Source: Epiperipatus broadwayi | Taxonomy: Eukaryota; Animalia; Onychophora | DNA length: 64,000 nucleotides | Assembly (NCBI GenBank): GCA_028023455.1 | Contig: JAQFVV010000006.1 | Span: 17,670,001-17,734,000, forward strand | Direction of reading: 5' to 3' | Shown here: positions 39,871-53,825 of the stretch, piece by piece | Numbering within the stretch: the first letter of the stretch is position 1 | Layout of the letters: every line of letters starts with the position of its first letter | Made by a program: the position numbers and the translations under genes | Notes under the pieces: generated by a model | The model's input: only the letters and a program-made list of their open reading frames with translations | Told to the model about the DNA's origin: nothing | The model's database searches: none

Positions 39871-42769
39871 CACATGGCTCAGTTCTCATTGACCTATAGT
39901 GGAAGCTACATCATCCAATAATCCTGTTTCTATTGTAAAAGATTCAGTTGTTCAATTAACTTAAAAGTCCTTATTACTATTAGACTATCTGAAAACTTGG
40001 GCTCTCTAAAAAAGTTTAGAACTGCTTGGTTTGAATACTAGGTCATATCACAGTAAGCAATTTACGAAGTAGACAACAGGGTTTTTTTTAATTTGAGTAA
40101 TTCAAGTGTTATTTTAAGTATCTTAATATGTATTAATATTTAAAAGCGAAAGTAATATAAATTACAGGAAAAGTAGTTATCCTTTAATGTGGCTTATACT
40201 AAAAGCAGTGAATTAAAACTTGTTTCTAAGAAATAAATATTTATTTATTTAAATTTAGCTTCTTGTTTTAATAGTCATGTACAGCGTGTAGAGTACTTCT
40301 AAACTATGAATTGAAGTAATTCACATTTAACAAAAGAGCACGTTTGATAAAATGTTTCTAACTTCTTGAAAATAAACTTCTGCAAACTTGTCGTGTATTA
40401 ATTCACAATATTATGTCTTTTGCATGTTTATAAGTTATTGCATTTAAAAATGAAATGTTGATTTATTTATTTTCAAACTGAGAAGCTGATATTCGTTCGA
40501 ATTTTTCAAAAAGGATTTTTTTTTTTTTTAATATTGATCGCTAATATATATATCAATTTTCTAAATATATATATATGGTGTATGCGCTGTGAATTATTAA
40601 GATATTATTAATTAACGAGAAATGGGCTTATGTTTTTACGCATTTCCCCACAAACCCTAAATTTCACCTCATGCTAAAAGGTCAATATTACATAACTTCA
40701 TGTTTCTATGATTTTATTCTCTTGTTTAATAATTCTGTATGACCAGTCAGTTTACACATTGCAATGTTTTATAGACAGTTGCATAGCTATTATGAAGGAA
40801 CGAAGACAAATGGCTATGGGTTCCTAGGTCATAGGAATATTTTGTATTTTTTGTGTACATATGCTCAATTAATTAAGTGTTTAACTATTTGTTACAAATA
40901 TTTAAAAGTGTCAGTTTTGAACTATCATTTAACTGCCCCAAAATTCTGGCAACGTCACTGATTATATGAGAAATAACTATAAATATTGCAGTATTTAGTT
41001 AATTAATTTTAAATAAGAGTAGTTTTTAAGAAAATAGATTGAAATAAAATAAAAACTTAAAATGAATGAGGAGCTTCTTATATAACGTAAATATTTATTA
41101 ATATGATCTGTAAATTACATTTATAAAAGTGCCATTGCAAAGAGAAACCCATGAATCTGTTTCTGAATATTGATACATTGGTGATTATGGTATATATTAC
41201 TATGACTTCTTGTGTGTTATTATGTCAATTATCACATCAGTAAAAGGACAGTATGGTTAACTCAAATAAAAAGCTGATAAGTAAGTTTAGAGAAAATTTG
41301 TGATATGTTGCTAACAATGATTTCCTAAAGTGTTGAATTCTATTTGCATTTAAGCTATTATGATAGAATTTGTTGACATTGTAAAGTTTATTAGTAGAAC
41401 TTAATACTGGATATGTTGAGCTCATGCAGAAACATGCATATGATTGAGTTTACTTCACTAATATTATTACCTACATTTGTAATTAAAGTAATCATTATCA
41501 TCAATTTTTCTCTTATTATCTTTCTATTTTTTAACTTTATTGTCCTCAGTTACTTAGGTTTTTCTGCATTAGCATGTCATTGAGGATGATGCATTCATGC
41601 AACTACCTTTTCATAGTTCAATTCTGATTCCAATGTTTTTCTTTCATTTTTCTTCTTTATTTTATGACTTGTTATTCTTTGCCTTAACTCTCTGACTTTT
41701 TTCTCTCTCCTGAAAGTAGATGGTCCGTATTTATATGAATGGTTGGTTTTAATAATGATTTAATGACGGCTAGCATGTCACATTAAATGCCTATATATAT
41801 ATTAATTGATAAAATGTTGAAATTTGTTTTAAATAAATTTATTTATAATTCAATCTGTAAAGATAATCTATATGCATAATGTGTGTGTGTATATATATAT
41901 TATGAATGCATTGAAACAGTTGTGACATCATTTTGATTTTGTTAATGGCATGGAGAATACATAAAATGTTAATAAGTTTGCATATTTAAAAGTTTTTCTG
42001 TGGAAAAATTGTTTGTATATATTTCACAAATTTTTCCTCAGCATTGAATTCTAAATTTTAAAAAAGTGTGGATGATAGCTTTGTCTAATTAAGAGCAATG
42101 AATCTTTAAAAGTTGCGCAAATGTGAGAATTGGATACATTAAGATTTCAGAAATGGACTTGGATCAGATCATATTTTTTCTGAAAAATATGAGTTTAGTT
42201 TAAAATAATCTTTAAATGGGCAATACCTTATGTTAATTGTTTTAAGGTATTCAATGAGTTACCTTTGCAATGATAGAAGGGCAAAATCATATCTGTTGTT
42301 TTTTTTTTCATGCTTGAATGTCAGATGAGCATTTAATCCTACAAATTTTTTTGTTATTGTTGTTTAATAGTGAAGATGCAAAATGTTGGTATTCTTGCGC
42401 TTTACATCTTTTAACTTGTTTTATCTAGATGAAAAGAATGATTTGAAATTAGATTTGCTTATCGTATCAAATGTTTCAGACTGATATCTCTCTGTTATAT
42501 TCATTGTTTGCTGTTAATCTATTTTTCATATAATTTTAAGATGATTTTCTGAAATTAGTTTGTTTTTTCACTCATTGGTAAATTATTTATATTTGAGTAA
42601 AGAATGCCTGAATAAGTCTATTTTATGTTGATATGCCACATTTTTATAAGTGCATTTTATTCGTGTGTATATATAGTATGTCTTTGTTTTATTGCTAAAT
42701 CATGATTTAGATCTTTTGCTTTTTGAGTTTATCTTCGTGCAGAATCATACAATTTAACTCCATAAAATC

Positions 42770-42885
42770 GTCAAGCGTTGTTAGCCGAGAGGTCATCACA
42801 GCCGCCTTGCAAGCAAGTAGTTGGTTGCAGACGGTTGTGGGTTCGCGTCTCGTCCGATGCTATGACATATGAAAAAAAAAAAAAT
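42770..42885 (+). mobile_element. tRNA-Gly-derived SINE with poly-A tail
   Basis: Nearly identical to the 6.0-kb copy (gcgttgttagccgagaggtcatcacagccgccttgcaagcaagtagttggttgcagacggttgtgggttcgc). Confidence 0.85.
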
Positions 42886-43177
42886 CAGAAAAAAAAAAAG
42901 AATTAAATTACACTTTTCTAATTAGCTGCCCTTCACTTCTCCCTCTTTAATAACTCTAAATTAAAGGACTTTTAAAAAAAAAATTTGGAATTAACAAAAT
43001 TAAATGTGCTAACTTCTATCTGTTGTCTTATTTTTTATGTATGATTAAATTCTTTTATTTATTTTTTTAATTGCATATATATATATACTTAACATCAATA
43101 TTTATATGAACTTCCATATATATTTATTTATTTTCATATTTTAATCTGTATTCTGTAATCATGTAGGATCTCACTAA

Positions 43178-43380
43178 ACATCACATGATCACCATTTCTT
43201 ATGCTTGCTCATAACTGTTATTAAAACAGCAAAACTCTCCATACAGTAGTGTCACTCAGTGGGAATATTAGATGAGTAGGCCCTAGATAGGGATTTTATG
43301 CCCAAGCCTTCTGGCATCCATTGATTACTCTGGCTTGCACTGAGTGGCTGTACTGCACGGAGAGTTTTGCCAGTTTTAAT
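43178..43380. mobile_element. Family A foldback whose plus-sense arm begins at the HHR cleavage site
   Basis: Minus-sense arm 43178-43260. The plus arm starts T(43260)GGGAATATTAGATGAGTAGG, which is the sequence 3' of GTC^. Confidence 0.9.
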
Positions 43381-46300
43381 ATGTAGGAAATCATTGTCTG
43401 AATCATAACCGTTATTTTTCACCAAATTAAAATCTGTTTCCATTTTGAGAAAACTTTTTTTGACTTGTGAGAACTTATTCTTTGCTGTTTCTTTTCATTG
43501 CATAAATGTTACTTAAACAAAAGATGTTAGTGGGAGCACTTTCACTCTATTAGAGAATTTATACCTTTACAAATTTGCTTAAGTATAGATTTTTGCAAAA
43601 TTCTAAAAGCTGCAGATTGGTGGGCATTTTTTTAAATGAGAATTAAAATGTAATTTTCAAATATTTTAGCTTGTTTATGCTATGACACCTTTTTTGTTGT
43701 TGTTGTTCTTTTTCTGCTTTCTAACTACAGACAGCTTCTCATTTTATATAAAAGATGTTCATTTTGCAAATTATTGCATAATTTGAAAAAGTTATAAACT
43801 TTTATGGTTTGTGATAATTATTAAAGTATATTAATATTACTATATTTGAAACATTTTAGTAAAATGTATATTATTTGAAAGATATTTCTAATAGTATTTG
43901 AAATAATGGATGTTCTGTAAATAACAATTTTAAAACTACTCTGCTGCTATTGAATATAATTTTTTTCCTTTATTTCTTTATATTAAAATAGAATTATTAA
44001 TTAAATTTGAAGAATATGATGAAGTAAAGTTAAATTTCTTCTAATTAATGAAAATACCCCCGACTTTCTTTTAATTCTGTTAAGTTGAATTATTCAACCT
44101 TCAATGGAAATGAAATTACATCACTATTATTATTTGGATACTTTTTATGTCACTAAGTTGAATTATTACTTAGTTCTGAACAATGTGATGTATTTAAAAT
44201 ATTTTGCATGTTTTGGTGTGATCGTTGTATATCAAAAATGCAATTAATTATATCAAAATAAGTAGTCAGTGAAATTAACTAAATTTGTTCAAAATAACAG
44301 ATAAATTAATATTATTAAGTTATTTTTTTTAATAAAGGAAATTTTTAAAAAGTCAGACATCTTTTATCGAATTTTAAACATTGTAATTTTTGTATACAAA
44401 ATATTTTGTTTCCAATGATGGGAAAAAAACATATTTTTTATTTTTTTTTTTACTGTATAAGTTCAAATTTTCTCATCAGTTTTTCTTGTATAAAAAATAT
44501 TTACTACTACATTTTCAATTTTCTTCATTAAGAGAACATTTATTATCGCATCTTTAATCAGTAACTGGAAAAAGACATAGCTGTAAAGGTTGGAAAGTTT
44601 CAACAATTTTTAATACACACCCACAGGAATGTGTTATAAAATGTAGCTAATATTAAAAATAAAAAAGTAGCAATATAAATTTTAAATTTATTAAAATGTT
44701 TTTACCTCACTGCTTTAAGTCTCGTAGGTTAGTGTGGAATTCGATCATCGTGAGTCTCAAAGGCTATCAACCATTTCTCCATACTAGTCAACAAATGTGG
44801 TTACAGTGTATTTTTTTGTCTGTCAGTCTTTAATGTTACCATCTGGAATTACAATATACTATACTCACCTACAAATGATTACTCGTGATGATTCTGATAA
44901 ATTTTACAATCTAATTGGTGGAAACATTTCAAGCTTTAGAATTTCCCATGGCTTTGAATTAATCACATTTGAATTAAGTGACCCAGCTTTGCATCCAATA
45001 TTGATTGGTAATTGAGTGGCCAGCTATTCTTAGCTAAAAGATAAATCAAGGATGAAAGTCTAATTAAATTCTCATCACTTGGAAAGTGGCAGCATTATCT
45101 TCTTAATTATCCTCTATAAAGACTTGTTGGAGATATCTTAGCCCTGCATTAAGCAATTTATTAAAAAGGCTGTTTAATCTTATATTTTTAATTGGAGAAA
45201 TAACTTCCTCAAAACACTGATCATTTTAATGCAGTGCTCTTTAGTCTCAAAGCCATTTCTGTAATATGAAAATGAATTATTTACATCCTGTTTGCCAAGC
45301 TCTTGTGAACCTGAAATTTACATCAATGGTGATATCCATGCACTCTCATTCAAATTTACTTATAATCCAGTTTACAAAGACAGAAGTAATTACTACTCAT
45401 TTTTTTTATAACTCATTGGTTTAAATGTCCATATAAGAGGTTGGAAAATGAATGAAAATGATTCATTTTTGTTTGTTATATCAATAGCTTTTCATACTGG
45501 ATGTTATTGCATTAAGACGACTAGTACCTTGAAGTTAGGAAATCATCTCTCTGATTAATATTATTGTGTTATTAAATTCAATTTTAGTATGGTCTCATAA
45601 TTTAATTATTATTGCTCAGTGGTCCTACTAACTTGACCTATTTTTAGAATTTAATTCGTTAATAATCATCTTGTGATAACTTCTAAGCCATATTAAAATA
45701 AATTATGCAATCAAATTATATCAAACTAATATTTATTTTTGATTTTACGGATACTGTAGTCTTGTTTCTGTTGGTGATTGAAAATAGCTTATTCAGAAAT
45801 CATTATTATATATGTCACCAAATCTGCATCAATTTTTGATGATTATTTAATGATACTTTTTGGCCTAATGTCTGTTGATGGTTTTTCAGACTCATTCATT
45901 ATTGTGATGATGGAGTTAATCTATATCTTTGATTGTTGTCCTTTTATTCTTTCATTGGTAGTCTTTTTAAGCATTATACAATTATGTATTTATGTTGGAG
46001 AATTTTCATCATCTAATATTAAATGTTTTTAGAAAAATTCAAATTTTTCACATATATTCAACTGAGAGTAATAGCACACGTTAGTGTACAACATAAAGTT
46101 CCAAGCAGTATTATTCTTTTTTCAGACATGTTTGGCCTGATTGGTGGTTGTTTGGGATCTTCTTGTAGATTCGGAAGATCCCCACTTTGAATCTTTTGCC
46201 TAGTGCTGTCATTAGTATAGCTTTTTTTGTTGGTGTGGTGTTTTTCCCACTAATTCTGTGTCCATATTTTCTTTGTTTTTTTTCTACCATTACTTTTTCA

Positions 46301-46957
46301 GTACGCAAGTTGAAAGGATAAGAAAATATTATGCAGTCTTGATTAACTCCTTTGCTATTGATGTATGATCACTTATAGGGAGGTTCTTTGAAAGAATAAT
46401 ATGATGCTCTGGTACCGCCACTGCCCAACAGTCAACTGAATCAAAGGCTTTGTTATAATCAGTAAATCAGAAAATTTTTAGTTTGATGTTATGTGAGTAA
46501 GAAGAGATAATTTAGAAAATAGAAAAATGAATAACCAATGTATATATTTCAATATGTGTTAATTAAAAGATGTTTCATTTTAAAACATAAATATGAGATA
46601 ATTTCTTTTCAATTAAACCTTGGATCCTAATAATGTGAAAGAGACCATCTAATTTTAATAAATGTATTTTTTGTATTGTGTCGTAAGTGTTTAGTTAGTC
46701 GTCAGTTCTAAAAATATTTTTGCCGTGTGTGGTTTAGTGCATTTATAGCACGACGTGCATTTATAGCACGACAGTAAAAACCTACATGTTCTTGGATTAA
46801 AACTTCATTTGTGACCTTTGGTGCCTTGAATGTCATGAGATCCCCCTAATAATGACTGTTCGATTATATGTATATATATTTTTGCAATTTTGAATGATTT
46901 TATTGTTGTGTGTATTTGTACATATGGGTAATATAAAATGAATATATATATTAATAG

Positions 46958-47062
46958 CTTGGGTTGCCCACATACCCTGCACTATCACCAATTGTACCTC
47001 CCGCTGCAGCAGCGGCTACACCCTTAGGTCCACCAAATCATCTTGGCGCTTTTCAGCCTAAG
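46958..47062 (+). CDS. AUTS2: Coding exon of AUTS2-family gene (LGLPTYPALSPIVPPAAAAATPLGPPNHLGAFQPK), phase 0-0
   Basis: 105-nt open GC-rich block ending in the family motif GAFQPK, followed by a GTAAGT donor at 47063. The acceptor (ttaatag) has a weak pyrimidine tract, so the 5' boundary is less certain. Confidence 0.85.
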
Positions 47063-48227
47063 GTAAGTTTTATTATTATTCAAATTGATTTTCTTTATAA
47101 AAATAAGTTGTTTAGTTGATTTTATTGTGCTATTTATTATTTTCAGTTAAGGAACAATAAAATGTAATTTACTCTTAATTGTAAAAGCAGCTGCTCGAAG
47201 TAAAGAATTTTTGTTATTATTGTTAAGAAAATTCTCAACTTACATTTAACTATAATTAATGTGTTTTTGTTGATATTCACCATATCAACTGTTTTCAAAA
47301 GACTTTAATTAATTTTTTATATATATAATTAATTTTATAGAACTTAATCATTTATTTATTTATTTTTTAATAAAAACTTACGTGCATATTTGAAATAAAT
47401 AGAATTGAGAGTATCAGATTCCTTCTCCTGTTCGTTCTTAGAAGGGGGGGGGGGATAAAGTGCTTCCAAGAATACCGTAGTAAAAGAAAGAAAAGCTATA
47501 AATATATATCTTTTTTAATCTTTAAAATATTCGGTTCATAAACAGAAGTAAAAATAGTTGCTTTAATTATGAATTTGAAAATTTTATGGATATATATTAG
47601 TTAAGTCTAATGACATTAATGAGCTCGAAATAAATTTACAGCTTATCAACTTGGCAATGTATTCTGTCTGGTTTGTTACGTGAACTGGTTTATATTAGTT
47701 ACTGTAAAAACATCAATTAATCCCATTATCGTTTTTATCACGCATTCTTCATCTCGGCTTTACCATATCCCAACCACCCACCCACACCTAAACTCAAACT
47801 ATATATATTTCATCAACCTTCTCTCGTTAGGTGAAGTATCAAACGTCTGGATACTATAGTCATGTTGACAGTTTCAGTATTCTCTCATTAGTTGGGCCTG
47901 AGTTTTATCCACTTTATTTTCTGTGGAAGAGGGAAATTGCATTGCTGTATAAAATATTAAATTTTGGGATGACGAAAAATAATTAAATAGAAATTGTAGT
48001 TGAACAATTCATATTTTTTTTTTTTTAAATAATGTATTTATTTCACTCATTAAATCTGGCATTCGTTGTGATTAAATGCTAAAAAGTTGACTTTGAATCC
48101 TATTGGTGGTAATATAAATAGCATTACAATTCGCGATTGCTGCTGTTTGCAGGAGTAGTTTTATTTCTCACATTTAATTTGCTGTGGTCACTTATTGACA
48201 GTTTCAGCCTATAAAATTACAACTTTT

Positions 48228-48336
48228 GTCTTGCATTGGTGGTCAAGAGGTCAGTGCAACTGCCTTGCACTTGCAGGCAGTTGCCCAGGTTGCGCATTCG
48301 CATCCCGGCCGATGCTATGACACTTAAAAAAAAAAC
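48228..48336 (+). mobile_element. tRNA-Gly-derived SINE, poly-A tail, 11-bp TSD
   Basis: gcattggtggtcaagagg...cccggccgatgctatgac; aaaattacaac on both sides. Confidence 0.8.
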
Positions 48337-51300
48337 AAAATTACAACCTTCCTGGTTTACAATTTTAAAGCAATTTCATTTTATTTTCTTTGATTTCAGT
48401 TGAACCTGAGTCACATTAGAGATCCATAAATATTTTATTTTACAAAAATGTATTCAGAATTAATACTTAAAGTCTTATAATGTAGTGTAAAATTATAAAA
48501 TGTTTTACAGGTCACCGATGAGGACTGCAGCTTCAGCGAAACAGAGGAAATGAAGATTGCTTGAAAAGTTCAAGAAGAGAATTTGTATTATTGCATTAAA
48601 TTGAACAATGAAAGCAGAGCGAAGATATTAAAACACTATTCCATATTATTGCTATCCAGCTAACATATTAACCAATGAAGCAAAACATTAAGAAATTTAA
48701 GAAAACGATGAGAAGAATAGAAACAGCTATACAAATGAGATAATTAAGATAAAGAGGAAAAGGTATAATCAATCAAAGAAAATGATTATTCCCAGCTAAT
48801 GACACTTCATGTTTTTATTTCTATACTCAACAAATGCAAGCCCATATCAAAATGGAGTATTAACTTCTTTTTTTTTTTTTTTTGAAATGTTAAATAATTG
48901 TGAAAAAATCAGTAGTCTGGAATATTGATCTAGAGAGAGTTGCTTCTCTACTAGGGGAGTCATACATGTTCTGTTTGATAATGTGTGTGACAACACCTAC
49001 TAGGATGTGTGGTGTTCATAGATGTTAGAAGATACTGTAATAGAAGCCATTCCAATGACAAGCATTTATTTCCTGGTGATAGAATGATTGCTGGCATTAA
49101 GTTTTTTCATACTATAATATAGGGTTTAAACAAATAATGATTTGGCCTGGATATACATACCAATAAATTTTAAAAATGTAGCTACTAAGGATGAACTATT
49201 TGTCTTTTTTATGGCATTAATATGACCAAATAATATGTTAATGACTTAATTACTCAGGGCTTCATAAGAAATTCAAGCATTAGAACTGTGAATGCCAGAA
49301 TTGATCCTGGGACCTCTTGATCCATGTTGGACACTATGCCAAACCATGTAGGGCCATATGACAAATATACTCATTTTAATGTGAAATGAAAAATGTCAGA
49401 TAAAGCATTCCTTTGTTTAAATTCAAGGTATAATTCACAACAATAAGTTTTATTAAAGGTAAAAAAAATGTAAATATTAGACTAATTATTGAAAGACTAT
49501 TATTATTCGTTGCATTTATGATCATCTTAATTAATCTGGCAGTTATTCTTCCAACATTTGGTTTGTTGGGCTGCTCAAAGGCATAGTCATTATTGTGACA
49601 TTAGCCCCCTGTAGCCAAACCAATCATATTTATTCTGTCTTCATGATCATTTCCTGTTGATTGTTAGATCTTTAACACAATCTGTTTTACTTTTTCTGTT
49701 CTTATTTATATTGTGATATTATGGTGATTTATCCAGTTAGGATGTCAAATACAAAAACAATAAGTGTAGAATTGTATTCTAAGGCAATATTATATCATAA
49801 AGTTTAATTAATTTATTACATTAAATTAGCAATCATAGAATATTTTGTACTAATCTTCAAGACCAGACATATCTATAATATGCCCTTTATTTTTCTAAAT
49901 ACTGAGTATATAAAAATTTTTGATTGGCTTTATTATGGAGAACAGTGCAGGGAAACTGCCAAACTTGAATAAGCAACTTTTATCAATTAATCTCATGGTT
50001 TTAATTTTATTTGAATTAGCTTAACTTTCCAATTAGTGTTAAGTTAGATAATTCATTGAAAATTTGATTACTGTAGCCGGTATCATTTAGAGGATGTAGG
50101 TTGATTTTATAAAATGATACATATCATTGCCTATTTACATATAAAGTCAAGTATCTTATATAATCCTATTAATTGGTTCCAAGAAAGTGTAAGCTATACT
50201 GATCAATATATTCTTGTGTTCGAACTTATTTTTAATGTCTTGCAAATGATCAATTATTGATCATCCTATGCAGTTCTGGGGAGCTAAAGATCTCTGGGTT
50301 GAAACTTGGTCTATCACTTTCAGTCCTTAAAATAATGTGATCCTCTGACAGAATAAGCATTTGACTTTTATTTTTATTAAGTTGAAAAATTACAATAAAT
50401 AGAAAAAGTCTGTATTTTCAGAAATCTGTATTACCGAAAGCTAAAACATAATATTTTGAAAAAGTCAATGGGAAAGTTATGCATGCATTTTTCTTTCAAT
50501 TTTTGATTGTGTATATTTATAGTAGTAGGCAATATTTTTCGTAGTTTACTAAACTTGAGAGCTTTATTTATTTAATTGATATCAATAAAAAAATCATCAA
50601 GAGCATCTTCAACTGCCCTAAACAACATTGAGAGATCCTTTAATGAAAAAAAAATTTAAAGGCTATTCAGCATCTTCATCTTTTTTGACTCCATCAGTTT
50701 GCAGAAGAATTTTATCATTCAAATTATTCTAAATGCCATTCATTTTAATGAAACTTCTGTATAGTAAATTCAAATTCTGAAATCCATTATAATTTTCAAG
50801 TAACGCAAAGTTTTCAAAAAGGTTTTAGTTAATCTTTCAAATTCTATAAACGTGATTGCATCATGTGATAAAACACTACTATACATCTTGCATATCATAG
50901 TATTTTCAGTAATATTTCTGGGCATTCCTTCAAGCCAAGAATCTTAGTATTATCAGTACTATTTCAGCCATACAGTAGCATATTTCTTGCCATTATTTTT
51001 AAGTTGTGAATTACCACATGTTTTTTCCATCACTATTTTTGATATTATATTTTTTCAAAATTTTGTCCAAGTTGTTATCGGACCATTTTGATTTGGTTTA
51101 AAATTGTAATCTGCTTACAACAAGAATTCAAGCTGATCAAAACAATATTAGGTGAGGTATTATTGTTCTTGCTTTTAATTAAGGATAATATCCTTAATGT
51201 TTGTATAGTATTTCATGTCATATTTTTTTAATAGAGTCCATTGTTATTCTCACTCTCATTTGCATAAATTATTTCACTTTATTCTTCTTTCCAGATAGAC

Positions 51301-52706
51301 TATACAGTTTTTCTTTTATTTTTCACTTCTCATATATGGCTTTCTTATTTTATTCATAACTATATGTAAATAAATTCAGCAAACTTTTCAGTGTTTTCAA
51401 CAGTCACCAAATTGTTCTCTTATAGAATTCAAAAAGTGTTCAGAAGAATTTTTTAATTTATTTAGTTTTGTCATTTAGTTATATTTCCAGTATTGTGTTA
51501 TCATCATCATGGTCTGTATATTGGAGATAGTTAGCTGCATGCACCTTTAAGAAACTATGTTTATATGTCAAAATTGTTTGTCAATAGGATGGGGTTCAAA
51601 GAAGAAAAATCAAAGAGGTGTTTTTTATTATCAATTCAAAAAACCATTTTTAATATATTTACCCCAAATAATGGAATTTTAACATTTTTGCAAGATTTTT
51701 TTAAGTAGCCACCATTACTTAATGACTAAAAATTAGCAATTCTATCTGCTAAACCTATGATGTAAGTCATTGAAGATATATTTAATTAAGTGCTGCTTTC
51801 TGCTGAATGTTTTTTTGTGTGTTGTGTAATTGTTGTATTTGTATGTTAAAATGGAAGAGTTTCACAGATGACATATAAATGATATATTACCCAGGTTCAT
51901 CTGTGTATGGATAATAGTACTGTCATACAACATTTTAGTTGGATAATTAATATGCTTTTAAAAAGTAACATCTTTTTTTTTATTATACAATTATAAATTG
52001 TTTTTATTTATTGCTGTGCTAAGATCCATGCATGATTGTGGCCCAGCTCTGCAACAAACTTCTTATGAACTCCCAAGTAATAAACTGTTTGTTGTTGGGT
52101 TTTTTTTAAGTTGTGTTTTCTACAAGATCTTAAAGCTTTTAAACATCACATGAAATAAAAACATCAGTGGCAAATCTATGCCTTTAGCAACGACAATTTG
52201 ATTAAGAGTATATTACATAATTTCAAAAAACTTTAAAAGGATGGTTTGTTGTAGTCGTCTGTCATTAACTATTTTGTACATCCTATATTATTTTTGTCAA
52301 GTATAGGTACTACTACTGACACACAAACACTCACAGACAAAACAAATAGAAAAAGCAATGCAAAGTAGAGAAATAAAATAAGAGAGAGAATATGAAATAG
52401 TATAAATTTCAATAAAAGACAACTTATATAAATTATATTGTTGCTTGAATTGTCAAATTGCATATGGAGTTCAAGATATTTACATAAACGAGAGGTTGAG
52501 CTTAGATATTTGCAAATGCATCGAAAATTTCAAAATCCTCACTAAAACCTTTATACATCACATGATCACCATTTCTTATGCTTGCTCATAACTGTTATTT
52601 AAACAGAAAAAACTCTCTATATGTATTGCCACTCAGTGCAAGCCAGAGTAATCAATCAATGATGCCAGAAGGCTTATGCATAAAATCCCCCATCTAGCGC
52701 CTACTC

Positions 52707-52765
52707 ATCCAATATCCCCAGACTAGTTTCTGGCTTGTGGCCTTCATCAGTGAGGAGCCTTGGAT
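52707..52765 (-). ncRNA. Type I hammerhead ribozyme (family A), best-preserved copy; predicted cleavage between 52721 and 52720
   Basis: Minus: ATCCAA-GGC-TCCTCA CTGATGA A GGC-CACAA-GCC A GAAA C-TA-GTC^ TGGGGA-TA-TTGGAT. Confidence 0.88.
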
Positions 52766-53363
52766 CTAAGAGCTCCGCACCTAGATCTTAGAATTTAATG
52801 CAACCCTCCGGCAGCCATTTTTTTCTCTACTTAACTACAAAACTATGAGTCTTAAATTGAAAACACTATAATATTTTCAATCCAAGTTCATTAGCTTATA
52901 TAGTCATATAGGTCTGAACTCAGTTTAGTACTTATACAGTTTGGTAACGTTGCTTCTTTAATAACCATAGCCACCACTATTCTATTAGGCAGTATTAGTT
53001 TTGCACCAATAAACATCACATGATCACCATTTCTTATGCATGCTCATAACATTAAAACAGGCAAAACTCTATATGTATTGCCACTCACTGCAAGCCAAAG
53101 TAATCAATGGATGCCAAAAGACTTATGCATAAAATTCCCATCTAGTGCCTACTCATCCAATACTCTCAGACTATGATGGTGGTGGCTATGGTTATTAAAG
53201 AACAAAGTCACCAGAATGTATAGGTACTGAACTGAGTTCAGACCTATATGACTATATAAGCTAATGGGCATGGATTGAAAATATTAGTGTTTTCAATTAA
53301 GATTCATAGTTTTGTAGTTAAGTAGAGATAAGGGTTGCACTAGATCCTCAGATCTGCTCTTAA

Positions 53364-53414
53364 ATCCAAGGCTCCTCACTGATGAAGGCCACAAGTCAGA
53401 AACTAGTCTGGGGA
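53364..53414 (+). ncRNA. Type I hammerhead (family A), core intact, distal helix I deleted; predicted cleavage after 53408
   Basis: TCCTCA CTGATGA(53379-85) AGGC-CACAA-GTCA GAAA(53399-402) CTAGTC TGGGGA. A ~28-nt deletion follows between tggggat microhomologies. Confidence 0.8.
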
Positions 53415-53766
53415 TTTTATGCACAAGCCTTCTGGAATCCATTGATTACTCTGGCTTGCACTGAATGGCAATATGTATAGAGAGTTTTGCCTGTTTTAAT
53501 AAGTTATGAGCAAGCATAAAAAATGGTGATCATGTGGTGTTTTTGGCTCAAAACCAATCCTGCCTAATAGGATAGTGGTGGCTATGGTTATTAAAGAACA
53601 AAAGTCATCAAAATGTATAGGTACTGAACTGAGTTCAGATTTATATGATGATATAAGTTAATGAGCTTGGTTTGAAAATATTATAGTGTTTTGTAATTAA
53701 GTAGAGATAAAAGGTGGCTGCTGGAGGGTTGCATTAGATCCTAAGATCTAGGTGAAGTGCTCTCAG

Positions 53767-53825
53767 ATCCAAGGCTCCTCACTGACGAAGACCACAAGCC
53801 AGAAACTAATCTGGGGATATTAGAT
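53767..53825 (+). ncRNA. Type I hammerhead (family A), CTGACGA core, helix II/III mismatches
   Basis: ATCCAAGGCTCCTCA CTGACGA(53782-88) AGACCACAAGCCA GAAA CTAATC TGGGGATATTAGAT. Confidence 0.7.

Noticed and set aside
48400-48430. Possible exon after tttcag (LNLSHIRDP*)
   Set aside because: Stop codon and no GT donor.
48511-48570. Possible extra AUTS2 exon after ttttacag (VTDEDCSF...)
   Set aside because: In-frame stop after 17 codons with no donor site and no family similarity beyond three residues.
50590-51130. Decayed coding-like sequence, possibly a DNA transposase, on the minus strand
   Set aside because: No diagnostic motif, TIR or TSD that I can support.
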